Shown here piece by piece: positions 19,951-29,612 of a DNA stretch of 64,000 nucleotides. The number at the start of each line of letters is the position of its first letter. The first letter of the stretch is position 1. The DNA comes from an uncultured delta proteobacterium (GTDB taxonomy: Bacteria > Desulfobacterota > Binatia > Binatales > Binataceae). The stretch is from NCBI GenBank assembly GCA_963842085.1, contig CAWJET010000001.1, positions 2,464,001-2,528,000 of the forward strand, read 5' to 3'. Under the pieces are notes generated by a model. That model saw only the letters and a program-made list of their open reading frames with translations. It did no database searches and was not told the origin of the DNA. A program made the position numbers and the translations under genes.

Positions 19951-21354
19951 TTGCCGCACCGCCCCACCGATAGCCCGCCTCACCGGGAGCCCTCGAGCGC
20001 CACGTCACTCACGCTGCGCTCGCCGCGCAAGCTCGGCCTCATCCCGCTGGTATGCGTGATGTACCTGGTCGTGAGCGGTGGCGCGTACGGCCTCGAGGAC
20101 GCCGTCCGGATGGCGGGGCCGCGCCTGACGCTCCTGCTATGCCTCGTCGTACCACTCACGCTCAGCCTGCCGACGGCCCTGATGGCGGCCGAGTTGACGG
20201 CGCTGATGCCGGTGGAAGGCGGCTTCTACTTCTGGGTCAAGGAAGCGCTCGGACCGTTCGCCGGTTTCGCCGAGGCTTACCTGACAATTCTTTACACCGC
20301 CGTCGACATGGCAATTTATCCGGTACTTTTCGCCGTCTATCTTTCGTTCATCCTGCCGCTTGGCCCGGCCGCCCAAATCGCGATCGGTATCGCGCTGGTA
20401 TGGCTGGCGGGTGGCCTCAACTTTCTCGGCGTCAGGCCGGTCGGGATGGCGTCGATCGTGCTCGCCGCGATCCTCGTCTCGCCGTTCGCGGCCCTGGTGC
20501 TCGTCGGCCTCCCGCGCCTGGTCCACTTCACGATGCCGACGCCGCCGCTGTTCGGCGCAGATCCGTGGGGCGCGATTGGGGCCGGACTGACCGTGGTCAT
20601 CTGGAACTTCAGCGGATGGGAAAACCTGAGCGTCGTGTCCGCGGAAATCGAAAATCCACGCCGCAACTATCTGCGCGCCATCCTGATCGCGCTGCCGGTA
20701 ATCGTTGCCGGCTACGTGCTTCCGCTGGCCGTTTCCGTCTCCGGCGCCACCACCGCCGCCGGCTGGGGCACCGGCTCGTTCTCGCACGTCGGCTATGCGA
20801 TCGGCGGGCGCGCGCTCGGCGGCGCGCTGGCGCTCGGCGGCGCCGTGATGTCGTTCGCGGTGTTCGAAGCCGCGATGCTGTGGGTGTCGCGGATGCCCTT
20901 CGTGCTCGCGCGCGAGCGCTACCTGTCGCCGCCGCTCGCCGAGCTCTGGTCGACGACCGCGACGCCCGGCAAATCGATCCTGCTCTGCTGCATCGTCTTC
21001 ACGATTCTGGTGCCAATCGGATTCGTCGCGTTGGTCGTGCTCGACGTTTTTTTCTACATGGCGGCGCTCGCGCTGGAGCTGTTCGCATTGTTGCGGCTGC
21101 GCAAGCTGATGCCGGATCGCAGCGGGAAATTCACGATTGGCGGCGGCCGCGCCGGCCTGGCACTCATCGTAGCGCTTCCCATTCTAACGTGGGCCGCGAC
21201 TTTCGGTCTGGCAATCTCAGCCGGCGTCGCCAAGGCGGATTTCATCCTCGCGATCGCGCTAGGCATATGCGTCTGGCCCGCCTACGCGATCAGCCGCCGC
21301 CACTACGGCGGCCCGCCCGCGATCGATCCCCCGCCAACAACCATCACCGCATAA
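19951..21354 (+). CDS. APC family amino acid/polyamine permease
   Basis: VSGGAYGLED, AELTALMPVEGGFYFWV, WNFSGWE; about 12 TM segments. Start uncertain. Confidence 0.88.
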   Translation: MPHRPTDSPPHREPSSATSLTLRSPRKLGLIPLVCVMYLVVSGGAYGLEDAVRMAGPRLTLLLCLVVPLTLSLPTALMAAELTALMPVEGGFYFWVKEALGPFAGFAEAYLTILYTAVDMAIYPVLFAVYLSFILPLGPAAQIAIGIALVWLAGGLNFLGVRPVGMASIVLAAILVSPFAALVLVGLPRLVHFTMPTPPLFGADPWGAIGAGLTVVIWNFSGWENLSVVSAEIENPRRNYLRAILIALPVIVAGYVLPLAVSVSGATTAAGWGTGSFSHVGYAIGGRALGGALALGGAVMSFAVFEAAMLWVSRMPFVLARERYLSPPLAELWSTTATPGKSILLCCIVFTILVPIGFVALVVLDVFFYMAALALELFALLRLRKLMPDRSGKFTIGGGRAGLALIVALPILTWAATFGLAISAGVAKADFILAIALGICVWPAYAISRRHYGGPPAIDPPPTTITA

Positions 21355-21430
21355 CAACTTCAGCGCCGAAGCCCACCGCGCTATCAGGAACGAAGTTCGG
21401 ACGGCGTGTTTCCTCGCACCGCTTTTTTTG

Positions 21431-21475
21431 TGTCATCCTGACGAAGCGAGCAACGCGAGCGGCAGGAAGGATCTC
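21431..21475. repeat. REP-like palindromic element (TGTCATCCTGA...GAAGGATCT family)
   Basis: TGTCATCCTGACGAAGCGAG...GGAAGGATCTC, related to the reverse complement of the 36-bp units at 35470 and 35619. Confidence 0.55.
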
Positions 21476-21666
21476 GGACAGCTTCGCGTCAGCGAAGCCG
21501 GTACCGGCTTTGAAAATCGCGAAGCGGTCTTCTTCCCAATTCAGCGATGAACTTTTCAGGCTGATCAAACAGGCCCAAGCCTGCTACTACTCATCTAATG
21601 GACAACACACCGGATACTCGTCTTGAAGGCCGTCGCCACGATTCAACGTCCAGCATCGTCCGAGTT

Positions 21667-21748
21667 CGAAAAAACACAAAATTTGACGGAACGAAGCCAC
21701 CGATGGTAGTGCGATCGTCACTAGACCACAACAGGTGGTGTAGATCGC
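21667..21748 (+). repeat. Dispersed promoter-like repeat, copy 1
   Basis: ACAAAATTTGACGGAACGAA (20 bp) is identical to the reverse complement within 33439-33481, followed by shared ACCGATGGT(A)GTGCG. Confidence 0.75.
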
Positions 21749-21754
21749 TCCTTT

Positions 21755-23533
21755 CTACTTGCGCGCAGTCAGCCGATATAGCGCGACCGCCTCGTTCTGC
21801 GAGACCGGCTCAACTGCGAATTTCCCCTGCAACTGATCGAGTTCGCCCTTCAACGCATCGGCATAATCCTGCGACTCAGGTGCGGCGAGCATCAGAAACA
21901 CCGGCGTCTTCGCGTCAATCGCCGATGCGAGCGAATCCGCCTCCGCCGGCGACATCTGCGCGCCGTCGAACACGACCGCCGGCACCGGGCCGTTCCATCC
22001 CGCCGCGCGTTTTACGTATAGGCGATGCAGATGGTAGTCGGTGAATCTCTCGCCCGGGTCGAGCGAGTTGAGTCCGACGAATCGGCGCTGTTCTCCCAAA
22101 TACAAATCGAGAAACTGCAGCGAGATGTTGCTGACTATGGTCGCATCGCGCGGCAGCGTGGAATCCAAAGACTCCAGCGATTCAACCATCGCGGAATCCG
22201 TGGGCCGCGCGTTCAAGCGCACAGCCGTTTCTGTAGCCAACGATACGATCAGCATCAGGTCGAGCGCGATCACTCCCGCCGCCGCCCCGAGCTGACCGGC
22301 ACTTCGATCGTGGTTGCGCAGTACCTCGCGCATCCACCGATTCGCCAGCGCCGCTCCCGCGCCCGCTGCGATAAACAGCACGAACGCCGCCGGCAGGATG
22401 AACGCCACATCGGTGAACAGGTAGAAACAGTAGAGCGCGGTCAGAGCGGCGAGGTAGCCGAGCCCGAACCACATCAGGCGGCGCGCCGCGGCTTTTTCGG
22501 GCGCGCGAAGGATCGCGATGAACCCGACAATCGCGAACGCCGCCGCCGCGAACGGGTAGAGGAAGTAGCGCGCGTCGCCGCGATCGCCAAGCATCCCGTC
22601 GAGTCCGAGTAGCGTCGTGGCGTACACGAGCACGTTGCCGTGCGGATTTCGCGGCATCGTAGGACCGAACAGATACGCGGCGCTGAAGGGCCGGCCCATC
22701 GCGCCGTAGACCTCCGGCACCCACCACGAGTATCCGCTGGCGAACGCGCTGCCGAGATTAATCGCGTTCTGATGCAACTGCCACGCGACCGGAACCGCGA
22801 AACCGACTGCGACTGCTATCGCGGCCTTGAGCAGACTCGCCGGATCTCGATTCTCCAGTGGCACCATCACGATGCAAACCGCGAGGCCCGCAAGGATGGT
22901 TGCGTTGGTCGGACGGATGATCGTCGAGAAGCCGGCGAACAGACCGAACATCGCCCAGACCGGGATTCGCTTCCATTGAATCGATTCGCCCGTATTGTGC
23001 GACCCGACCGAGAACAAAATCACGGCGGCGCAGAGCGTGACGAATAACGTCGGCACATCGCTCATCACCAGCGACGAGTACGTGATGAAGACGGGCGAGA
23101 GCGCGAGCGTCAGCGCCGCAATGGTTCCGGCCGCGCGTCCGAACAGTGCACGTGCAAGAATGAAGAGGATGCCGACCGAGAGCATCCCAAGGATCCCCGA
23201 CGTAACTGCCAGGAATGGGATTGGGATATGTCGGCCAAATAGGCGGTAGAAGAATTCCAGGATCAGCGGGTAGCCGCCGGTATAGCGCGACGGGTAAGTA
23301 TATCCACCGAAATGCAGCACTGCTCCGTGCCCATTTACAAGGTTAACCGCCGCCGCCGCGTATTCGAGTCCGTCCGGCCACGGCATCAGTTCGAGTCCTC
23401 GTCGCAAGCCGGCAGATCTGCTCGTCAAATTCGTCAGCAACAGGATCGCTGCGAGGATTATCCAGTCCGGAAGGCTAAGAGATATGCGAAGATCGGACGC
23501 CGCGGGCGCCTTCGATGACTTCACCCGGCTCAT
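21755..23533 (-). CDS. GT-C fold glycosyltransferase (ArnT/GT39-like)
   Basis: WPDGLEY acidic loop after TM1; GYPLIL; MSDVP; IRPTN; many TM segments. Confidence 0.75.
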   Translation of the reverse strand: MSRVKSSKAPAASDLRISLSLPDWIILAAILLLTNLTSRSAGLRRGLELMPWPDGLEYAAAAVNLVNGHGAVLHFGGYTYPSRYTGGYPLILEFFYRLFGRHIPIPFLAVTSGILGMLSVGILFILARALFGRAAGTIAALTLALSPVFITYSSLVMSDVPTLFVTLCAAVILFSVGSHNTGESIQWKRIPVWAMFGLFAGFSTIIRPTNATILAGLAVCIVMVPLENRDPASLLKAAIAVAVGFAVPVAWQLHQNAINLGSAFASGYSWWVPEVYGAMGRPFSAAYLFGPTMPRNPHGNVLVYATTLLGLDGMLGDRGDARYFLYPFAAAAFAIVGFIAILRAPEKAAARRLMWFGLGYLAALTALYCFYLFTDVAFILPAAFVLFIAAGAGAALANRWMREVLRNHDRSAGQLGAAAGVIALDLMLIVSLATETAVRLNARPTDSAMVESLESLDSTLPRDATIVSNISLQFLDLYLGEQRRFVGLNSLDPGERFTDYHLHRLYVKRAAGWNGPVPAVVFDGAQMSPAEADSLASAIDAKTPVFLMLAAPESQDYADALKGELDQLQGKFAVEPVSQNEAVALYRLTARK

Positions 23534-25077
23534 CGCGGCGCGTCTCCGCGAGCGCTGACAACGCCTACGCTGCGCGCATCGGCGCATGGCTCGTCGTAGT
23601 GCTGCTCATCCCGCGCGTCGTGCGCATGCTCTATCCTGAAATATGGGTCGAGGACGATTTCTACCTCGAGAGCGCGTGGCTGGTGAGCGTCGGGATGCGC
23701 CCGTACCTGGATTTCGTTCAACCGCATATGCCGCTGCTCGAATGGATTGCGGGATGCTATCTCAAGTTGTTCGGCGCAAGCTATCTGTCGATCGAATTCC
23801 TGAACGAGGCCGCGATTTTCACGGCGAGCATCCTGACTTACGCGCTCGCCCGCCGTGTCGCCGGCCGTCCCGCCGCCATCGCCGCGTCGATTTTGTACGC
23901 ATACAGCTCACTCGTCTTTCGCTACCACGCCTACGAGCGCGAGAGCTTCGTCGCACCGCTGCTTCTGCTAGCGGCGATCGTCGCGCTCGACGACACGATG
24001 CCGGCGCTTCGCCAGGCCGTTTTCGTTGCGCTCATTTTCTTCGTCGCCTGCGCGATCAAGCTGACCGCCGTGATTCCGTTTGCCGTGACGCTGATGTTCA
24101 TCGCCGTCGCTTACCGCCGAATCGCTGGCGCGTTCGTCTCTGGTGTCATCTGCACGCTCGCGCTCGCCGCGTTCAGCGCGCTCCTGTATCGACTCTACGG
24201 CAACGAGTTCATCCTGCAGACGTTCGTGTTTCATTTCATGAAAGGCCGCGACACGCTCCTCAGCACCGCGTTGTTTCCGCGGATGGTCCTGGACGTGCTG
24301 GTGCCGCTCTTCATCCTCGGATGCATCCGGCTGATCGCGGAGCGGATGTTCGGCCGCGGCGTGATTCTGGTGCTGGCGATCGTCGCCGCCGAGTACGCCT
24401 TTTACGGCGTACTGAGTCCGACCGCGTGGGCGCACAACTATCTCGAGGCGCTACCGTTCATCGCGATCGTCGCGGCGATCGGCGCGATGACGCTGGTCGT
24501 GCCCATTCGGGATCTGATCGCCGGGGAGGCGGCGCCGCATCAATGGCAGCTCCTTGCCGGCCGCGCCGTGCTGATCGCGATTTTTCTGATCTGGATCACG
24601 CCGATCGTGAACGATAGCTGGCTGCATGGCTCCGTCTACGGATTCGGCTTCGTGCCGCGCGCGGAAATCTCGCAGCTCGCCGACGCCTTGCGCGCAGCCA
24701 GCAAACCGGACGACGAGGTGATCGCGCCATCGTTCATCTGCTTCGAGGCCAACCGGCGCGAATTGATCCGCTATCCCGAAACCTACGGCGTGTATCGCGA
24801 AGCGAAGGCCGAGTACGAGCGCGATGGCTTCTTTGCCGCACACCGCCGCCTCGGTGCGGCCGATTTTTTCGAGCTTATCTCGGATACGCGACATTACTGG
24901 ACCGAACAGATGCGCGACGCGATCGTCAGCGGAAAAGTCTCGGCCGTCATCAGCGACTCGCCGATTCAACTGGTGCCGCTAGTGCTGGTTCCCGAAGACT
25001 TCCTGTTGAGCAACGGCTTTCGCCCGGTCCTGACGACCGATCATTTCAGGCTCTGGGCGCGAACGCCCGCGCCGTGA
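23515..25077 (+). CDS. GT-C fold glycosyltransferase (ArnT/GT39-like)
   Basis: EDDFY after TM1; PYLDFVQPHMPL; ERESF; AIKLT; many TM segments. Confidence 0.75.
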   Translation: MTSPGSSRRVSASADNAYAARIGAWLVVVLLIPRVVRMLYPEIWVEDDFYLESAWLVSVGMRPYLDFVQPHMPLLEWIAGCYLKLFGASYLSIEFLNEAAIFTASILTYALARRVAGRPAAIAASILYAYSSLVFRYHAYERESFVAPLLLLAAIVALDDTMPALRQAVFVALIFFVACAIKLTAVIPFAVTLMFIAVAYRRIAGAFVSGVICTLALAAFSALLYRLYGNEFILQTFVFHFMKGRDTLLSTALFPRMVLDVLVPLFILGCIRLIAERMFGRGVILVLAIVAAEYAFYGVLSPTAWAHNYLEALPFIAIVAAIGAMTLVVPIRDLIAGEAAPHQWQLLAGRAVLIAIFLIWITPIVNDSWLHGSVYGFGFVPRAEISQLADALRAASKPDDEVIAPSFICFEANRRELIRYPETYGVYREAKAEYERDGFFAAHRRLGAADFFELISDTRHYWTEQMRDAIVSGKVSAVISDSPIQLVPLVLVPEDFLLSNGFRPVLTTDHFRLWARTPAP

Positions 25078-25096
25078 GGCTGGAATCAGACGGGGG

Positions 25097-26174
25097 CTAC
25101 TGCTGATGCCAGCTTGCGCCGCCATCGGAGGTGACGAAACTTTTGCCGGTGGCCGCCGTGATGGTTGCGTTGTTGGCGCTGCTGGAGGACACCGCCACAA
25201 AATTTTCCGTGGTCGGAGCGGCCACGGGCGTCCAATGCTCGCCGTCCGTGGTGCGGATGACCGTTCCATTGTTCCCGACCACCCAGCACACGCTCGAAGA
25301 CGGCGCCGCACCCGCAACCAGGTCAGCGCTGACGCCGCTACGCTGTACATGCGTCCCGCCACGCGCGTCGAGTCGCCGGATCATTCCGTTCTTGCCCACG
25401 ATCCACGTGACCGATCGATCGGATGGCGAGACCGTGGCTAGCACTCCTGCCTCTACGTTGTATCCAGCACTCGAGCTCAGCGCGTTGCCTGTAACTGTCG
25501 CGCCGTATGAACCTTGCCCGCGACTGTTTGCAGTGGCGCCGCCCTGCGCGATCATCGCCCTCGCGCCGGGCGCCTCCGCGGGTTTTGCCATTCGATGGAG
25601 AAGGGTGCCGCTCATCGCCGCCGCACGAGGCACCGCTTCCGCCTTCGGTTCATTCATCGCGAGTTCATTCGATGCAGACCCGGCAACCCGCGGAGACGGC
25701 GCAGCCAGTTCAGCGGCCGGCACCGCGGCTGGCGCAGCGGGAGCAACTGCCGGCGCCGGCGCAGCGAGGTCCACGGCGGGAGCCTCATGCTTCGCCATCG
25801 CGACGACTTGGCCGCTCGGCGACTCCTCGTTTGCGGGACGCCCGCATCGCAATGAAGACGACGACGGCCGCGACTGCCGCGAGCGCGGGAACCGCGACCC
25901 GCCATCTTCGATACCACGGGACTTCAGATGCCGCGTTCGCGCCGCGCGCGCTCTCGTCAGCGCGAGCGATATCCGCCAGCAACACCTGGCATCGCATGCA
26001 ATCGGCAAAGTGCGCTTCAAGACGCTCGCGCTCCGCCGCCGACAACGACCTGTCACTGTACGCGGCGAGCGACTCTGCGTTCGCGCAGTCGGGCGTCGCC
26101 GCGTCCGGCTGCTCACGCATCGCACGGCGCAGGATCGCGTCGAGCGGCTCGTTATTTCGGTCAGCATTTTTCAC
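25097..26174 (-). pseudogene. zf-HC2 anti-sigma factor with C-terminal BNR/YCF48-like propeller, frameshifted near 25843
   Basis: HFADCMRC plus TM helix in frame 25785..26174; RPANEES...WVVGNNGTVIRTTDGEHW and TSDGGASW in frame 25097..; one extra G in ATG CGG G CGT. Confidence 0.75.
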
Positions 26175-26246
26175 GGTTTCATGCTATCCGCGATTCCTTA
26201 CTCTTTGAACGAACCGCGGCCGGAAAATTGCACTGTGCGCGTCGTT

Positions 26247-26609
26247 TCATTTGACGTCCGGAAGCGCGCGCGACAGGTCGAGCTGCAAATCGCCCGCAGC
26301 CCAATCATAACACAGCTGAATCTGATCGTGGCTCAGCTTGTCGCCGTCGTGCAGCGTGTGCTCGATCTCACGCTTGAGATAGTCGCGTGTGCGTGCCAGG
26401 CGGCGCGACACCGTGGACTCATGCTCGTCCATCACGCGCCCAATTTCCTTGAGCGAAAGCTCGTGCCGGTAATAGTACGCCATCCGCATCCGGTCCCGCG
26501 GCGCGAGCGACTTAAGCGCGGCGTCGAGCGCCTTGCCCAGCATCGCCACGTAGCGGGCGCGGTCGGAGCCGGCGTCGAGCGGATCGGCCCGAAGGTCGCT
26601 GTCGCTCAC
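26247..26609 (-). CDS. ECF-like sigma factor, sigma4 half (split or frameshifted)
   Basis: LAPRDRMRMAYYYRHELSLKEIGRVMDEHESTVSRRLAR HTH; GTG overlaps the TGA of the sigma2 half. Confidence 0.65.
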   Translation of the reverse strand: MSDSDLRADPLDAGSDRARYVAMLGKALDAALKSLAPRDRMRMAYYYRHELSLKEIGRVMDEHESTVSRRLARTRDYLKREIEHTLHDGDKLSHDQIQLCYDWAAGDLQLDLSRALPDVK

Positions 26610-27124
26610 CCAGGTTTTTCCACGTCATCGTCGAGTGGCTGGAGGCGGCTCTGAGAGCGGATATAATCGACGTGACGCTGCGCCAAAACGGCCCGCAGCC
26701 AGGTCAGGAGCGAGCTGCGGCCGTGGAAGTAGCTGAGGATCGAGCGGCGGCGGCCGTCGCGCACCTCGATGCCGTACAACTCGGCCCATAACGAATCCGC
26801 CAGTTCGCGCCCGCGCATCTCGTCGCCGGCAATCGCGCGCGCGGCGGCGTAGAGCGCCGGCCTGAAGCTGGTGATGAAATGTTCCCACGCGGCGGATTCT
26901 CCATTGCGGCACGCGATCGCCAGGCCCAGGTCTTCGGCGTGGAGCGCGCCGATAAATGATTCGACGCCGGCGCGATCGAGCACGCCCGCCGTGTGCGCGC
27001 CCAGATACACCGCGTCGTGGAGAGAATCATCGCTGATGCTCCATCGCGCGGCGCCCGCGCGTTTGCATAGACGCCCGAGGGCGCGAGCGTGCTGTGCAAC
27101 GAATTCCGGTGGCGCTTTGCTCAC
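26606..27124 (-). CDS. ECF-like sigma factor, sigma2 half (split or frameshifted)
   Basis: DLGLAIACRNGESAAWEHF; YFHGRSSLLTWLRAVLAQRHVDYIR; ends after the GGAAAAACC run. Confidence 0.7.
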   Translation of the reverse strand: MSKAPPEFVAQHARALGRLCKRAGAARWSISDDSLHDAVYLGAHTAGVLDRAGVESFIGALHAEDLGLAIACRNGESAAWEHFITSFRPALYAAARAIAGDEMRGRELADSLWAELYGIEVRDGRRRSILSYFHGRSSLLTWLRAVLAQRHVDYIRSQSRLQPLDDDVEKPG

Positions 27125-27270
27125 CTCACTGGATTGTATGGAAACCCGGCGTGGGTTTCACGCTGCCTTGCGCAGGAGCCGGCCCCGGCATCTTTTGTGA
27201 GGAAACGTCAAGCGCCGAGCGATGTCATCGCTCGGCGCCTTTCGGACCTCACCGCCGCCTGCCCTGTCAT

Positions 27271-27786
27271 TTAGTGCTTCTGATCGAAGTGCCGCTCGGC
27301 TGTCATGTAGCGGAACGGATGCGACTTCCAATCGCGTCGCGCTACGGGATGATTTTGCAGGTACTCATGCAGGCCCGGATGGCTGTCGACGTATGCGCGA
27401 TTGTCGACCAGCGCCGGATCCTTGTTGAGCTGCTGCGCGACTTCGGGATGCGAGTCCATGTAGTGATCGGTGGTCGCCAGCGGATGCGCACCGTTCCATT
27501 CGCCGTGGTGTTCGTAGTAGTGCTCCCGCGCCATGAAGCGGTCGGGATGATGCCGCAGCTCCTCGCGAACTTCGGGATGGTTCCTGAAGTAGGTGACGAG
27601 GCCCGGGTGACTGGCGAGGAACTGCGGATTGTCCACCAAGTGCGGATCGTGCGCCAGTTGCTCCGCCACTTCGGGATGCTCGTCGAGATAGCCGTTGTCG
27701 AAGCGGCCGACGGGACCGGCGATGGCGGCGGAGGTCATCGCGCCGACGAAAGCGATTGCCGCGAGAGTTGTGAGAGTCTTTTTCAT
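27271..27786 (-). CDS. Secreted His-rich two-repeat protein
   Basis: AGGAG RBS; signal peptide; two repeats Y(L/M)D.HPEVA.QL..DP.LVDN....SHPGL..Y..NHP. Confidence 0.75.
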   Translation of the reverse strand: MKKTLTTLAAIAFVGAMTSAAIAGPVGRFDNGYLDEHPEVAEQLAHDPHLVDNPQFLASHPGLVTYFRNHPEVREELRHHPDRFMAREHYYEHHGEWNGAHPLATTDHYMDSHPEVAQQLNKDPALVDNRAYVDSHPGLHEYLQNHPVARRDWKSHPFRYMTAERHFDQKH

Positions 27787-28026
27787 GATCGGTCTCCTGT
27801 TGGATATGAGCGTTTCAGTTGGCGTTGCCGCCGCTGCGCGTGTTCTCGATGAGGGTTGGACGCAGCGGGTGGAGGCTCCGTTTACGTCCCGATGACGGAG
27901 TGCGGGCGTGTCGAATTGCGCGGGGAGAGTGTAAACGAACCGTAAGGTTGTTTCGTCAAATAGGTCGGGAAATTGTAATATCGGTCTCCGGGGCGAGCGG
28001 GATTGACGGGCCCCGGACTGATTACG

Positions 28027-28596
28027 GTGGAGCCTTCGGATGAGGAGCTGTGCAGGAGAATCGCGGAGCGCGATGCGGACGCATTCGAGCTTATGGTGGA
28101 CCGCCATCAGGCCCGCGCGTACCGGCTCGCGGCGTCGATCCTCGGCAACGAAGCCGACGCGCGCGACGTCTCGCAGGACGCGTTCCTCCGGCTGTACGAA
28201 TCCGCCGGCCGGTTCGACGGGCGGTCGCGCTTTTCGACCTGGTTCTACCGGATACTGGTCAACCTCTGCATCGACCATCAGAGGCGGAATCGATGGTGGA
28301 GACGGATGGCGCCGCTTGCGAATCCCGGCGGCGGCGACCCCGACGAACACGCCTTCGATCCGCCCTCGGATGAGACCGGCCCCGAGGGCGAGGCGATGCT
28401 GAAGCAATCGTTAAGCCGGCTGCGTCCCGCGCTGGAAAAGCTCTCGCCGCAGCAGCGTGCGGCGGTGCTGCTGCAGGCGCAGGAGGGATTCACCAGCCGC
28501 GAAATAGGCGAGGTGCTCAAGTGCTCGGAGAACACGGCGAGGGTCCATGTGCATCGCGGGATCGTCCAGCTCCGTAAACTACTGCAGCAGGATTGA
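28027..28596 (+). CDS. ECF RNA polymerase sigma factor
   Basis: DARDVSQDAFL; FSTWFYRILVNLCIDH; LSPQQR...SREIGEVL...VHVHRG. Confidence 0.92.
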   Translation: MEPSDEELCRRIAERDADAFELMVDRHQARAYRLAASILGNEADARDVSQDAFLRLYESAGRFDGRSRFSTWFYRILVNLCIDHQRRNRWWRRMAPLANPGGGDPDEHAFDPPSDETGPEGEAMLKQSLSRLRPALEKLSPQQRAAVLLQAQEGFTSREIGEVLKCSENTARVHVHRGIVQLRKLLQQD

Positions 28597-28676
28597 CTAA
28601 TTGATCAACTAATCGAGTGACTAATCAGGAAACGGACTGACTGAGACGCGACTGACTATTCAGAAAAGACTGACTA
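28594..28676 (+). repeat. Short-unit repeat tract between sigma and anti-sigma genes
   Basis: Three 12-bp units (TGACTAATTGAT, CAACTAATCGAG, TGACTAATCAGG), then GACTGACT three times. Confidence 0.7.
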
Positions 28677-28678
28677 CG

Positions 28679-29233
28679 ATGGCCGGCAATCATCCCGAGA
28701 TTGAACTGATACCGTATCTGCGTGGAGAGTTGAGCGCGGACGAGCGCACCCGCGTGGCGGCGCATCTGGAGGGATGCGCGGATTGCCGCGAGTCGGCCGC
28801 GGCGGCGTCGGCGATACTGTCGAGGCTGGCCAAGGCTGTTGATGACGTACGCGAGCCGGATTGGGCAAACTATCGGGGTGAGCTCGGGCGCAAGCTGCGG
28901 GCAGCGCAGGCGAGTCGCGGCCCTGCGCGTGGGCGATGGTGGGCCGATCTTCAGTTGCCGGTCTTCGGCTGGCCGTCGATGGCGATGGCCACAGCGGCGG
29001 TCGCGGTGCTCGCGCTCGCGATCGTGATGCATCGCGGGGCCGGCGGTGTGCAGCTGCCGGGAGTCGATCAACTCGAGCTGCAACAGGAGTTGAGCAGCGC
29101 GGACGCGGATGTCGGCCTGCTGGCCAACTATCGCGTGGTCGAGCATCTCGATTTGCTCGAGAACTACGACGTGATCGAGCATCTGGACGAGCTGGGCCCC
29201 GGCAACCGCCAGACCAATGAAACTCCATCGTAA
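28679..29233 (+). CDS. zf-HC2 anti-sigma factor
   Basis: YLRGELS...HLEGCADC; one TM helix. Confidence 0.88.
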   Translation: MAGNHPEIELIPYLRGELSADERTRVAAHLEGCADCRESAAAASAILSRLAKAVDDVREPDWANYRGELGRKLRAAQASRGPARGRWWADLQLPVFGWPSMAMATAAVAVLALAIVMHRGAGGVQLPGVDQLELQQELSSADADVGLLANYRVVEHLDLLENYDVIEHLDELGPGNRQTNETPS

Positions 29234-29612
29234 AGTGGCCGCGATCATGCTGTTCGCGGCCGTCGCTGTCGGAACCGAAAGCGGGAAAGCGCCGGCGCAG
29301 CAGGGGCCGCCGGACTTGAGAATGTTGATGAATCTGGACCTGTTCGAGCCCCCTTCGCGCAATGAGGTGAAAGGCGCGTCGGCGCCCGCCGCAGCGCCAA
29401 CGGATGACTCGATGCTCGAGCAGATACGCACGCTTGACGCGATGGGTTACCTGGGAAATCACGGGGGCGCGGATGGAAACGGCGCACCCGCTCCCAGAGC
29501 CACGTTCGGGAGCGCGCCGGCCGAGACGGTCGGCGCTCCTGCTCCTGCGGCAGCGTCCGAGCCGGCGCCGTCGAGTCAGCCCAGCTACGACGTCGAGGGG
29601 CCGCAGCCATGA
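29217..29612 (+). CDS. Secreted hypothetical protein in ECF operon
   Basis: Signal peptide; overlaps both neighbours; Ala/Pro-rich tail. Confidence 0.65.
   Translation: MKLHRKVAAIMLFAAVAVGTESGKAPAQQGPPDLRMLMNLDLFEPPSRNEVKGASAPAAAPTDDSMLEQIRTLDAMGYLGNHGGADGNGAPAPRATFGSAPAETVGAPAPAAASEPAPSSQPSYDVEGPQP

Noticed and set aside
21726-21741. Possible NrdR box CCACAACAGGTGGTGT
   Set aside because: Mismatch in the conserved core, single copy, no nrd genes nearby.
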